64,000 nucleotides of DNA, from assembly GCA_041749335.1 (NCBI GenBank), contig JBGTBM010000010.1, positions 142,039-206,038 on the forward strand. The letters are read 5' to 3'. The notes beneath the pieces were generated by a model, which was not told the origin of the DNA, made no database searches, and saw nothing but the letters and a program-made list of their open reading frames with translations. Positions 19,382 to 29,164 of this stretch are shown piece by piece. Position numbers and translations under genes: made by a program. Every line of letters begins with the position of its first letter. Position 1 is the stretch's first letter. Source of the stretch: Patescibacteria group bacterium (GTDB lineage Bacteria > Patescibacteriota > JABMPQ01).

Positions 19382-21520
19382 ATGTTTACTGAAAGATATA
19401 AAAGTTTTAATATTTTTAATCCCGCTAAATCAAAATTATTTAGCGGATCATATGTTTTATCTCCCCAAAATCCTGATTATGACAAGCTCGGCCGCTTATA
19501 TTTGATTATGGAATTTTCACTGGATAATAATTTAGCTTCCAAGATCAGTGAAATCATTTTAGAAGTCTTGCAAAAAGAATATTACCGGCTGGAAGATGTA
19601 TTTAGAGAAGAACTGATTTTATCAAATTTTGAGAAGACATTAAATAAAACAAATCAAGCTTTATCGGCTTTGGCTTCCCAGGGCTATACCGATTGGATCA
19701 ATAATACCCACATCGCCATCGCCGTATTAAAACACAATAAAATACATTTTGCTATCACCGGAGACCCGAAAATTTTTCTAGTCAGGGGCAATAATTTTAT
19801 TTCCATTAATCAAGGATCTGGTAGCCAAACCCCCTCCCCCATGAAAGCCTTTACCAATATTACCAGCGGAACTTTAATGGCAGACGACAATCTCTTCCTG
19901 GCTACTCCCGAACTGATGAAATTTATTTCCGAAGATAAAATTAAAAAATTAATCGTCAATAATAAAGACGAGGTTTTGGAGTATATCAAGCACGAGATCC
20001 CCATGACCGATGATTACTCTTTCGCAGCTTTATCCATCAATATTGAAAAAGAGAAAAAAGTTAGCAGCTTTCCAATGAACGCACCATCCAAAATTCAGCC
20101 ACGCGAACTTGACTATCCCAGTTTAAATAATCTGGAGGAACTTAAATACCGTGAAAGTAAAAACACCGAAAGCTCAAATTCCGCTCCCGATGTGTTAAGC
20201 CCTAGTCCAAATATTAAACCCAAGACCGGAATTTCGCTTGCCAAGATAAAATTATTAGGCTCTAAATTCTTACGAAAAGCGCAATCAGTAAAAAAACTAG
20301 GTAATAAAACAAACTTAAAGGCCGGGGCTCAAAACATCAAGCGCACCGGAGGCGGCATTAAAAAATTGCCCAAGGTTCTGATTTATAAATTTAACGAACT
20401 GCCAAAATCCAGTAAATTATTATTAGTTTTATCGGTTGCTTTGGCAGTGCTTTTTGGCGGCAGCTTAATCATGCTTAAACAAAAAAAGAACGAAATTACC
20501 AAATTGAGCCAGCACGAGATCTTGTTAAATAGCGCCTTAAATAAAGAAAAAGAGGCTCAAGATGCCCTAATTTATAAAGATAAAGATAAAGCCAAGGAAT
20601 TGCTCATGCAGGCCAAGGAAGAAGCCAATAAATTAATTGCGGCTGATGTAATGGTAGCTGAAGCTAAAAATCTTTTGGATAAAATCAGTGAACAAATTGA
20701 TAAAGCGGAGGGAGTAACTCGCGTCAAAGATCCATTATTGGTCGCCGATTTAAAAGATCAACCGATTGATGGAATTTTCGGTTTGGACGGAACTGTGTAT
20801 TCTTTTAATCAAAGTAATAATTTTGTTTACAGCGTTGATGAAGAAAGCAAGGCTCTCTTAAAAGTATCAGAGGAGTCAAATAATATGGGGCATTTTACCA
20901 AGGGAACAATAAATGATGTTAGTAATTCTTTGATTTTCTTAACCGACACTCCCGGTTTTGTTGAATTCATGTTGGGAACCAGATCTATTGATAAGCTGGA
21001 AATTGATATTTTTAACTATGACAACGATACCGTGGATATAAAAACTTACGGCGATCGCTTATATCGACTAGTCCCTTCACAAAAACAAATTTTAAAGCAC
21101 ACGCGAACCATCGCCGGATATTCTCGGGGCGTGGAGTGGGTGCTTTCTAATGCAGGCGAGCTGGAAAATGCGGTTTCTTTCGCTATTGACGGCCAGGTTT
21201 ATGTTTTAAAGTCAGATGGCAATATCATAAAATATTTACGGGGAATCAAGCAGGAATTCAATATGCCGGAAATGCAAAATCCGCTTGAATCCCCCACAAA
21301 AATATACACGTCCGATAATTTAGACTATTTGTATGTTTTGGAACCAAAAAATAAAAGAGTGATAGTCCTGGATAAAAATTCCGGCAATTTAACCAACCAA
21401 TATACATCTGATAAATTTGACGACTTAAAAGATCTATACGTGGATGAAGAAGGACAAAAACTTTATATTTTAGCCGAAGATAACATTTACGGTATTGTTC
21501 TGGATACAGATAGCAACTAG
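19382..21520 (+). CDS. Large hypothetical protein (712 aa) with a central TM helix and C-terminal repeat (propeller-like) region.
   Basis: TM LLLVLSVALAVLFGGSLIM at about residue 340. No confident domain. Confidence 0.4.
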   Translation: MFTERYKSFNIFNPAKSKLFSGSYVLSPQNPDYDKLGRLYLIMEFSLDNNLASKISEIILEVLQKEYYRLEDVFREELILSNFEKTLNKTNQALSALASQGYTDWINNTHIAIAVLKHNKIHFAITGDPKIFLVRGNNFISINQGSGSQTPSPMKAFTNITSGTLMADDNLFLATPELMKFISEDKIKKLIVNNKDEVLEYIKHEIPMTDDYSFAALSINIEKEKKVSSFPMNAPSKIQPRELDYPSLNNLEELKYRESKNTESSNSAPDVLSPSPNIKPKTGISLAKIKLLGSKFLRKAQSVKKLGNKTNLKAGAQNIKRTGGGIKKLPKVLIYKFNELPKSSKLLLVLSVALAVLFGGSLIMLKQKKNEITKLSQHEILLNSALNKEKEAQDALIYKDKDKAKELLMQAKEEANKLIAADVMVAEAKNLLDKISEQIDKAEGVTRVKDPLLVADLKDQPIDGIFGLDGTVYSFNQSNNFVYSVDEESKALLKVSEESNNMGHFTKGTINDVSNSLIFLTDTPGFVEFMLGTRSIDKLEIDIFNYDNDTVDIKTYGDRLYRLVPSQKQILKHTRTIAGYSRGVEWVLSNAGELENAVSFAIDGQVYVLKSDGNIIKYLRGIKQEFNMPEMQNPLESPTKIYTSDNLDYLYVLEPKNKRVIVLDKNSGNLTNQYTSDKFDDLKDLYVDEEGQKLYILAEDNIYGIVLDTDSN

Positions 21521-22167
21521 TTTATCTTTTCCGCAAAAACGATATATCTTCTTAACACGCTTCCCAGTGGCCAGCAAGTAATTAACGCCAATCCCGATTC
21601 AATCGCGGGATTTTTTATTTGTTCCCACTCCGACGGATTAATAATTTTATTGCCGGCCACCCGATAATCATATTTAATATTTTGGTAATATATATTGATC
21701 TCGTCTCCGTCTTTTAGTTCGGGAATCAGCGCAAAAACATTATTATAATCGCTTTTTACCCACCAGTAGTTTGAGCTATGGCCCAAAAGCACAGACAGTC
21801 CCCGCTCTTCACCAGGCAGGCTTGATCCGGCATAATACACCACGCCCTTATTCAGATTATCAGTTATGGACTCTTCATTAAGGCCGGAATTAAAGATAAT
21901 AGGCGCTTTTACATTTATTTTAGGGATATAAATACTATCTTGAATATTTTTTTTATCCAATGGCTTGTCCTGCTGGTAAACATTTTGAACGAGGCACGCG
22001 CTTCCACAAATATCATAACTCATCTTTTCTACAATCATTCCAAAATTTAAACTAATCAAAATAAACTCGATTATCATTACGGCCCAAAATATCTTTTTAA
22101 TTTGTTTTCTTATTTTCATATTTACTATCAAAAAAACGAGCGTTTTACCGCCCGTTTTTTCGTTCAA
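21517..22167 (-). CDS. Sortase family transpeptidase (likely true start at Met17, about 22119).
   Basis: His motif LLGHSSNYW, catalytic Cys in LALITCWP (TLxTC), downstream Arg (RRYIV), N-terminal TM anchor. The ORF-track start is a TTG. Confidence 0.65.
   Translation of the reverse strand: MNEKTGGKTLVFLIVNMKIRKQIKKIFWAVMIIEFILISLNFGMIVEKMSYDICGSACLVQNVYQQDKPLDKKNIQDSIYIPKINVKAPIIFNSGLNEESITDNLNKGVVYYAGSSLPGEERGLSVLLGHSSNYWWVKSDYNNVFALIPELKDGDEINIYYQNIKYDYRVAGNKIINPSEWEQIKNPAIESGLALITCWPLGSVLRRYIVFAEKIN
22124..22156 (-). terminator. Intrinsic terminator downstream of rplL (AACGGGCG/CGCTCGTT hairpin with A-run and T-run).
   Basis: Hairpin plus T-tract read on the - strand. Confidence 0.5.
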
Positions 22168-22168
22168 A

Positions 22169-22645
22169 TTATTTTAGTTCAACTTTAGCGCCAGCTTCTT
22201 CTAATTTCTTCTTTAATTCTTCCGCTTCCGCTTTAGGAGCGTTTTCTTTAATTACCGCCGGAGCTTTGTCTACCATGTCTTTGGCATCCTTTAATCCTTT
22301 GCCGGTAATTTCTTTTACTACCTTGATTACTTGTATCTTTTGTCCGCCCACGTCAGTTAGCTCGACATTAAAATTGGTTTTTTCCGCGGCGGCTTCTCCA
22401 CCTTCTCCGGCTCCGGGAGCTTGGGCCATCATTGCCATTGGAGCTGCAGCCGACACACCGAATTTATCTTCCAATACTTTTACCAATTCAGATAATTCCA
22501 GTACACTCATTTTCTCAATCTCTTCCACTAGCGGCTTAAATTTTTTAGGAACTTCAACTTCCTTTTTTTCTTCTTTGTCTTCTGTTGTTTTTTCTTCTTT
22601 CTTGTCCTCCGCAGCTTTAGCGGAGGTGGATTTTTCTTCAGCCAT
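22169..22645 (-). CDS. rplL: Ribosomal protein L7/L12, with a Lys/Glu-rich N-terminal extension in the longest ORF.
   Basis: [20 protein letters not shown]-terminal [41 protein letters not shown]. The first ~45 aa are low-complexity and may not be translated. Confidence 0.9.
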   Translation of the reverse strand: MAEEKSTSAKAAEDKKEEKTTEDKEEKKEVEVPKKFKPLVEEIEKMSVLELSELVKVLEDKFGVSAAAPMAMMAQAPGAGEGGEAAAEKTNFNVELTDVGGQKIQVIKVVKEITGKGLKDAKDMVDKAPAVIKENAPKAEAEELKKKLEEAGAKVELK

Positions 22646-22676
22646 ATATTTTATTAATTATTTATATATTTAATTA

Positions 22677-23201
22677 TTATGCTTTTTGATCCTTAATAGA
22701 ATTTAAAACGTTTACCAATCCCCTTAAATTGCCGGCTAACACATTAACAAAGCCGGTAATGGGAGCTTTGATTGTGCCTACTGTTTTGGCCAATAATTCT
22801 TGCTTGCCGGGCAGTTTCGCCAGAGATTCCACTTCGCTTTTAGCCAAATATTTTCCGTCTAAAATTCCGGCCAATATCTCCAAATTATTATGTCCTTTGG
22901 CAAAATCATAGACAATTTTGGCCGGTGAAACTTCGTCTTCCACCCCAAAAGCAACCGCAATTTGTCCTTCCTGCTGTTCCATTTCAGCATCCTTGATTTC
23001 GGATTTGGCCCGAGCTACTTCAAATAACGTATTTTTAACGATCTTGTAGGATACGCCTTGTTCGCGCATCTTAGAACGCATTTCTTCCAATTCCTTGACG
23101 GTCAAACCCTGATAGTTGGTTAGAACTAAAGACTTGGCCTCATTCATCTGATCTACCAAATTTTTGACATCTTCTTCTTTTTGCTTTCTTGTTTTTGGCA
23201 T
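22677..23201 (-). CDS. rplJ: Ribosomal protein L10.
   Basis: MPKTRKQKEE..LVLTNYQGLTVKELEEMR motif. Precedes rplL. Confidence 0.9.
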   Translation of the reverse strand: MPKTRKQKEEDVKNLVDQMNEAKSLVLTNYQGLTVKELEEMRSKMREQGVSYKIVKNTLFEVARAKSEIKDAEMEQQEGQIAVAFGVEDEVSPAKIVYDFAKGHNNLEILAGILDGKYLAKSEVESLAKLPGKQELLAKTVGTIKAPITGFVNVLAGNLRGLVNVLNSIKDQKA

Positions 23202-23273
23202 AATGATTAGATAATCACGAAGCTAAAACTAATTTCATACAAATTGTACTTATTAGTATTAATCTCGTTTATT

Positions 23274-23311
23274 AATAAAAAAATCGCTCATTACCATAGA
23301 ATTGAGCGAAA
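23274..23311 (-). terminator. Hairpin CGCTCA-N12-TGAGCG plus T-run between surface-protein paralog 1 and rplJ. Terminator or rplJ leader structure.
   Basis: Read directly from the sequence. Confidence 0.4.
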
Positions 23312-23452
23312 TTACAACCATTACTAATCACTATTTTCTAATGACTAATAACCAGTTAAAACTCCCTCGGTAAGTTTTACGCATAAAATGCTACTTACGG
23401 TCTATGGTAAGTTAAAATAATGTTAATCTAATTACGATTAACTGTCAAGTGT

Positions 23453-24859
23453 TTACTTTTTATTTCTTTTATAAACTAACATCACCACAATAAACATTCC
23501 AAAAGCGGCCAAAGCGACTAATATCAAAGCTTTGTATGATGCAAATTCCGGTACAGTCGGACCCTCTTCTTGTTGTTCTAGTTCTCCATAAAAAACGTTA
23601 TAATATGATGGAATTGCTCGACTGCTAAATGTAGTAATTGGATCACCTCCTGATGTTATTTCAATATTTGGCATCATACCGAAATCATTACCGGTGCTGC
23701 CTTCATATACTGCATCGGCGGTCCAAGTTCCAGCGCCGGTTCCGGCGCAATTAGCGCTATCGCATGAATAATAAATTGCATCGTTTGTAGATGTATCGGA
23801 ATATATTATATGGGGGAATTCAGATGAATCATAAGCTACAGTTGCTCCCACCCATTTATCCTCTCCTTCGAACGGGAAAGTCCCTGAAAATACATTACAA
23901 TCCCAAGCATCGCTGCCGCCATAAGAGTCATCGCAGTTGCCTCCGCTGCCGACATATTCCGCGAAAGCTAAACTGCCGCTATAATCAAAGACTAAACCAA
24001 TTGTATCAGCATCTTTAACATAAATATCCCCGTTATAAATTAATCCGCTGGCGACTGTAGTTAAAGCCCAGTCTTCTGCCGCATCGCAGCTAGACGTAGC
24101 AACATCACATCTGGCCACATATAAACCACTGCCATCATCGTAAGAAGTATAGATTAATCCGGCTGAACTGGCGCTGATACGGCTATTCTGGTTATTTTTA
24201 TTGGTGAAAATATTATATAAAGTATAATCTCCAGCAGTATCACACCCGGATGAGGCATAATCATCACAGTAGCCATACTTTAATGTTTGATAACCATCAT
24301 TCCAAATTCCATGATAGCGATCATTGCCATCTATGGATAAATCGGTATGCGCTTCGGTATTTGCATCAGTTAAATCAATGGTAAAGCATGACCAGGCAGT
24401 TATGCCTGAAGCACATCCGGTGCCGCCGCTCCCAACATATACTGCCATCCTGGTTCGATTCGCCGTATCATACCCAGAGTAGATTATGGCAGCATAATTG
24501 TCAGAATTATAATCAATAGCATTGTACTCTCCAATGAGGTTGATAGTGTCATCCAAAGTTATTTCCGTATTCCAGCTTGAAATTCCTCCTCCGCCATCCG
24601 TAGCACAATCGCCCGACGTACAATCCCGGAATCTTAAGGAATCATCAAAGTCGGACATCCAGGCCACTCCGGGATAGTTATCGCTTCTTAACGCCATAGA
24701 TACAAACCCGTTATAAACTACGCTTGGCTCATCAATTATTGAATAAATATTTAACACATCCCAATTAGTTCCCTCGGCCGCCCAAACAATACCGTACAGA
24801 GCCAAGGATGCTCCACAAATTAATAGCAGTGCCAAAAAATAATTTTTTATTTTAGCCAT
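23453..24859 (-). CDS. Surface-protein paralog 1 (Cys/Tyr/Gly/Ser-rich repeats; C-terminal TVPEF + TM + KRNKK). True start at MAKIKNYF (24859); the ORF track extends to 24949.
   Basis: Signal peptide. Repeated C-x3-6-C-x4-8-W and YVGSGG.C modules. C-terminal TM anchor. Confidence 0.6.
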   Translation of the reverse strand: MAKIKNYFLALLLICGASLALYGIVWAAEGTNWDVLNIYSIIDEPSVVYNGFVSMALRSDNYPGVAWMSDFDDSLRFRDCTSGDCATDGGGGISSWNTEITLDDTINLIGEYNAIDYNSDNYAAIIYSGYDTANRTRMAVYVGSGGTGCASGITAWSCFTIDLTDANTEAHTDLSIDGNDRYHGIWNDGYQTLKYGYCDDYASSGCDTAGDYTLYNIFTNKNNQNSRISASSAGLIYTSYDDGSGLYVARCDVATSSCDAAEDWALTTVASGLIYNGDIYVKDADTIGLVFDYSGSLAFAEYVGSGGNCDDSYGGSDAWDCNVFSGTFPFEGEDKWVGATVAYDSSEFPHIIYSDTSTNDAIYYSCDSANCAGTGAGTWTADAVYEGSTGNDFGMMPNIEITSGGDPITTFSSRAIPSYYNVFYGELEQQEEGPTVPEFASYKALILVALAAFGMFIVVMLVYKRNKK

Positions 24860-24930
24860 TTTTTTATTATTAATAATCTGGTTTATTATATCAAACAAAA
24901 CAAACCATTTATAGCTCCGCCTGTGCATAA

Positions 24931-24961
24931 CTAAAAAAGCGTCCATCACTTAGATGGACGC
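24931..24961 (-). terminator. Intrinsic terminator after paralog 2 (GCGTCCATC-actta-GATGGACGC plus T6).
   Basis: Perfect 9-bp stem plus T-tract. Confidence 0.7.
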
Positions 24962-24977
24962 CTTAATAATTATTTAG

Positions 24978-26441
24978 TTATTCTTTGTTCTTATTGCGCC
25001 AGGCGACAATTCCAATAACCATCCCTAAGGCTAAAACTGCAATTACAATCTTCCAAATATTGCTCTGGGGAAGTTCCGGGACTATATCTTCTAACGGCGG
25101 CTCATCGCCTCCTTGTTCGCCGTAATACAAATCACCAGCTACAGTATCTGAAAATGCTACGCGGGGCCCGGAACCAAATTCTACGCTAGAAAGTATCCCA
25201 AAGTGATTCATATTAATTTGATTAGTATAAAAAATTGTTTGCCTATTCCAATTACTAGGAGTAGTACAATTTGCAGTACAATGAGAATATTCTGCAATAA
25301 AATCTTTATTTTCTGGTGAAATAGTTTGTTTATTGACATTATAAGCTAACCCCCGCTCTCCAGAAGAACTAATGTCCATTTCTAATGACAAGGCACTATT
25401 ATTGCCGGGATGTAATGGTGTATATGTGGAAGCAATTGAAGCACATGTCCAATCTGAACTTGAACATCCGGTACCACCACTACCTACATATTCAGCATAA
25501 TGTAACTGATAACCAGAATCTTGCGCATAAGCTATAGCTAATATTCCAGCCTTAGCTTCAATATCACCCACCATAACCGCTGATGAATCGATTGTCGTGG
25601 CAGATGACCAATCAGTAGAATCATTACAGCCAGTAGAACTAAAATTACACGTTTTATAATAAAGGGTAGTTGTTGAATCTGTAAAAGCTACATGCAAATT
25701 TCCGGAAGAATCCGCATCAATTCTTGCAGCTTGGTTATAAATACCATGATGAATTTCATAAAATTGAAAATCGCCAGTTTCATCACACCCCGAAGCGGCC
25801 ATATCACAGAATGCATAATTTAAATCATAATCATTATTATTAGTATAAACAATATGGTAATTTCCATTGCTATCGATAACGAAATCCGAATTTGGTGCGT
25901 AATCAGAATTACCAAGAGAAAAACATTTCCAGTTATTATTACCACCAGCACAACTATTTTCTGTTCCCGATCCGGTATATTTTGCAATTCTCATTGGATT
26001 GTATGCATGGAGTATTACCGGTTTATTATCGGAACCATAATCCAAAGAAACAAATGTTCCATACCTAATACCCGAAGCGGGTGTTTCAACAGTTATTTCG
26101 GAACCCCAATTCTCTCGGCCACCACCATCTCCTAAGGCGCAATCACTACCAGAATTACATTCAACATATCTTAGACCGCTCCAATTATCATTATTATCTA
26201 TTCTATAGCTATAAGCGATTCCGGGATATCCATTGCTTTTTGTCGCTAAGGATAAAAAACCGCCTAATGGCCTCTCATCAGATAAATTTCCATCATTATT
26301 TATATAATCATATACCACATCCCAATCAACACCTTCTGAATATGCCGCTTGCGCAAAATTATTATTTGCAAGACACACCCCCATTACTGCAATTATAAAT
26401 AGAAGTATAATTTTTCCTGCGGTAAAAATTTTTTTGACCAT
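24978..26441 (-). CDS. Surface-protein paralog 2 (C-terminal IVPELPQSN + TM + RNKNKE).
   Basis: Signal peptide. Same repeat modules as paralogs 1 and 3. The 3' end is ~85% nt-identical to paralog 3. Confidence 0.6.
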   Translation of the reverse strand: MVKKIFTAGKIILLFIIAVMGVCLANNNFAQAAYSEGVDWDVVYDYINNDGNLSDERPLGGFLSLATKSNGYPGIAYSYRIDNNDNWSGLRYVECNSGSDCALGDGGGRENWGSEITVETPASGIRYGTFVSLDYGSDNKPVILHAYNPMRIAKYTGSGTENSCAGGNNNWKCFSLGNSDYAPNSDFVIDSNGNYHIVYTNNNDYDLNYAFCDMAASGCDETGDFQFYEIHHGIYNQAARIDADSSGNLHVAFTDSTTTLYYKTCNFSSTGCNDSTDWSSATTIDSSAVMVGDIEAKAGILAIAYAQDSGYQLHYAEYVGSGGTGCSSSDWTCASIASTYTPLHPGNNSALSLEMDISSSGERGLAYNVNKQTISPENKDFIAEYSHCTANCTTPSNWNRQTIFYTNQINMNHFGILSSVEFGSGPRVAFSDTVAGDLYYGEQGGDEPPLEDIVPELPQSNIWKIVIAVLALGMVIGIVAWRNKNKE

Positions 26442-26523
26442 AAATGTATTTTTTAATTAAATATTTATCCTAATTGATTATATTATATTTCTCAATTCTA
26501 CGAAATGCCCGCCTGTGCATAAT

Positions 26524-26551
26524 TAAAAAAGCGCCCCAAATTTATGGGACG
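26524..26551 (-). terminator. Intrinsic terminator after paralog 3 (GCGCCCCA-loop-TGGGACGC plus T6), preceded by the conserved motif CCGCCTGTGCATAAYTAAAAAAGCG.
   Basis: Hairpin plus T-tract. The motif is shared with the 24915-24940 region. Confidence 0.6.
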
Positions 26552-26555
26552 CTTT

Positions 26556-26583
26556 TGTTATATGTTATATGTTATATGTTACA
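26556..26583. repeat. Tandem heptamer repeat (GTTATAT)x3 + GTTACAT between paralogs 3 and 2.
   Basis: Read directly from the sequence. Confidence 0.8.
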
Positions 26584-26586
26584 TGA

Positions 26587-28008
26587 CTATTTTTTTTTCT
26601 TATTGCGCCAAGCGACGATACCGATCACTAAGCCAAACGCCAGAACCGCGATTGCAATCTTCCAAATGCTGCTTTGTGGCAGTTCGGGTACGATTTGCTC
26701 TTCAGGCGGTAAGTCACCTTCCTGCTCGGCATAGTAAACATATAAACTTCCAGATGTACTTGAGGCAATTCTCGGTCCGGAGCCAAATTCCATGGAAATT
26801 AAACTTCCTGAATATATATTAGTAGGAGTGCCATTATTAACAAAAATTGGTTCCGCTGTCCAGTTTGAATTGGTAGTACAGTTACTGGTGCATGACACAT
26901 ATCGCATATTCGGATTACCACTGGGAGAACCGACTGCGATTCCTCTTTCTCCAGTAGCTGAATAGATATCAAGCTCAAAAGCATATCTGCCATCGCCATT
27001 AGAATCTATTGAAATATTAGACGAACTAACATTTGAACAATTCCAAGCGTCTGCGCCAGCAGCCCCACCCCATGAATTATCGCAATTTCCGCCAGATCCT
27101 ACATATTCCACATATTTAAGATACTCAGAAGCTCCGTTATATGCGAATCCCAATGTGCTTGTTTGAGCATCAAGGCTCATGTTGGGAATTTGACTAACAT
27201 ATGAAGAGGTCGAAACAACATTGTAAACTGTACTCCATTCTCCACTCGCATTACATCCGGTATTAATATCACATTTAGAATATTTTATATAATACCCATT
27301 ATATTCACCATATACTAAATGTAGATAACCTGAAGAGTCAATATCCAACGAATGATGTGAATTACCACCAACGCTGTAAAGATCTAATTTTGAGTAATCA
27401 CCAGGATCATCGCAATTGGTAGTATTGTATGTTTGACATACTGCCACGGCAACTCGAGGATTACTTCCATCATCAAAAACAAGGTAATAATTATTATTGC
27501 CATCAATAATGAAATCAAAGTCTGCATTATAAAAGGACACAAATGATCCAGAAGAAAATCTCCATGCACTATTTATATATGTTGCAATTTTCAAATTATT
27601 TCCGTCAGTATAAAAAATAACCGGCTCATCGTTTGTATTAAAATCAATTTTTGCGTAATTGATATTGGTACTACTATTAATTGTAGTATAAGGACTCCAA
27701 TTTCCCACTCCATCTCCCGAAGCACAATCCCCCGATGTACACTCGGCATAGCCTAGTCCTCGTGTACTATTTTTAGAAAAAACAATCGCAGGATAACCAT
27801 TGCTCCTAGTAGCTAACGAAACATTCCGCTGATAAGTAGCACCACTATAAATACTGCCGGGATGATTTACATTTCCGCTATCATATACCACGTCCCAATT
27901 CGTTTGTTCAATAGGAATCGCCATGGTTGTATTTAGGCCCACAAAAGCACTCGTCAGCATAATTAAAAGAAAAATTAATATTCTTTTTAACCTGTTTGGT
28001 TTTTTCAT
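26587..28008 (-). CDS. Surface-protein paralog 3 (C-terminal IVPELPQSS + TM + RNKKKK).
   Basis: Signal peptide. Shared Cys-repeat modules. Confidence 0.6.
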   Translation of the reverse strand: MKKPNRLKRILIFLLIMLTSAFVGLNTTMAIPIEQTNWDVVYDSGNVNHPGSIYSGATYQRNVSLATRSNGYPAIVFSKNSTRGLGYAECTSGDCASGDGVGNWSPYTTINSSTNINYAKIDFNTNDEPVIFYTDGNNLKIATYINSAWRFSSGSFVSFYNADFDFIIDGNNNYYLVFDDGSNPRVAVAVCQTYNTTNCDDPGDYSKLDLYSVGGNSHHSLDIDSSGYLHLVYGEYNGYYIKYSKCDINTGCNASGEWSTVYNVVSTSSYVSQIPNMSLDAQTSTLGFAYNGASEYLKYVEYVGSGGNCDNSWGGAAGADAWNCSNVSSSNISIDSNGDGRYAFELDIYSATGERGIAVGSPSGNPNMRYVSCTSNCTTNSNWTAEPIFVNNGTPTNIYSGSLISMEFGSGPRIASSTSGSLYVYYAEQEGDLPPEEQIVPELPQSSIWKIAIAVLAFGLVIGIVAWRNKKKK

Positions 28009-28096
28009 ATTATTATTAATTATTTTATTTAAGTTATTATAACATTTTTTTCAATTTCCCCAAATGACTTTGGGGATAAGTTGTACCGAGGTCTAA

Positions 28097-29161
28097 TTAA
28101 TTTAAATATTTCTGCTTATTAATATTATGCTCTTCCAGGTTTTTAGAAAAAATCGCCTCGCCGGTATCAAGCGTAGTCAAAAAGAAAAAATAATCATGGC
28201 TGGCGGGATCAATTGTCGCAGAAATAGCCATAAGTCCCGGATTGCCCACCGGTCCCGGAGGCAGCCCTTCGTTTAAATATGTATTATAGGGCGATTCAAT
28301 CTGCGTATCTTTAATCGTTGGCTGGGGATCTTTTTTGCCGGTGATGTATGTAATAGTTACGTCTGACTGCAATTTCATGCCAGTATTGAGGCGGTTATAA
28401 TATACCCCTGCGACTTTTTTCATTTCCTGCTCATCTCTCACCTCTTTTTCCACTATCGATGCCAGAGTAATTATCTCATAGAAATTCAAATCTTGTTTAT
28501 GGGCTTCTTTTATCATATCCGCACCGACTTTATCTTGAAAATTATCCAGCATTTTCCTTACAATTGCTTCCGGCTCAGAGTTCGCAAATACTTTATATGT
28601 ATCGGGAAATAAAAATCCCTCCAAATCATTACCTTTGGGAATATTGGAAAGAAAATCATAGTCCTTTTTATACTTGCTGATATTTTTTATTTCTTCCAAA
28701 AATTTATCCTCAAATTCTTTCGCCAATTCCTCCGGCGCTTTATCGCTAGCTGTATGCTTCCCGTGATATAGAGCAAATTCTTCTGCAATTTCCCGACTAT
28801 TATATCCTTCCGGAATGGTTACCCGATCGTCTTCCGCCATTTCTCCGCCGATCAAAATTTCTACGATCTCTTTGGGAGTCATAGAGGGAGCCAGCCGATA
28901 TTTGCCGGCCTTGATTTTATCTTCCGACCGCTTCAGCCAGATACAGGTATCAAAAAAGAAATTATCGGAAATAATTCCCTGCTTTTCCAACCGCGCCGAT
29001 ACAATATTGACTCCGTCCCCGCTTTCCACCACAAAATCCTGTTCACCCGCGGAATTAATATAAGGCTGATTAAATTGATAATTCATCCAGATGACAAATC
29101 CCGCCCCTGTCAAAATTAAAATAACGATTAATGCGATAAATATTTTTGCGCCGGTTTTCAT
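28097..29161 (-). CDS. mltG: Endolytic murein transglycosylase MltG (YceG family).
   Basis: N-terminal TM. YYNRL.., LQSDVTITY, EGLPPGPVGNPG motifs. Confidence 0.8.
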   Translation of the reverse strand: MKTGAKIFIALIVILILTGAGFVIWMNYQFNQPYINSAGEQDFVVESGDGVNIVSARLEKQGIISDNFFFDTCIWLKRSEDKIKAGKYRLAPSMTPKEIVEILIGGEMAEDDRVTIPEGYNSREIAEEFALYHGKHTASDKAPEELAKEFEDKFLEEIKNISKYKKDYDFLSNIPKGNDLEGFLFPDTYKVFANSEPEAIVRKMLDNFQDKVGADMIKEAHKQDLNFYEIITLASIVEKEVRDEQEMKKVAGVYYNRLNTGMKLQSDVTITYITGKKDPQPTIKDTQIESPYNTYLNEGLPPGPVGNPGLMAISATIDPASHDYFFFLTTLDTGEAIFSKNLEEHNINKQKYLN

Positions 29162-29164
29162 ATT

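Noticed and set aside
23202-23273. Possible ribosomal L10 (rplJ) autoregulatory leader.
   Set aside because: The region is only ~70 nt between the hairpin and the start codon, and it has no recognisable L10-leader kink-turn motif. Not enough evidence to annotate.
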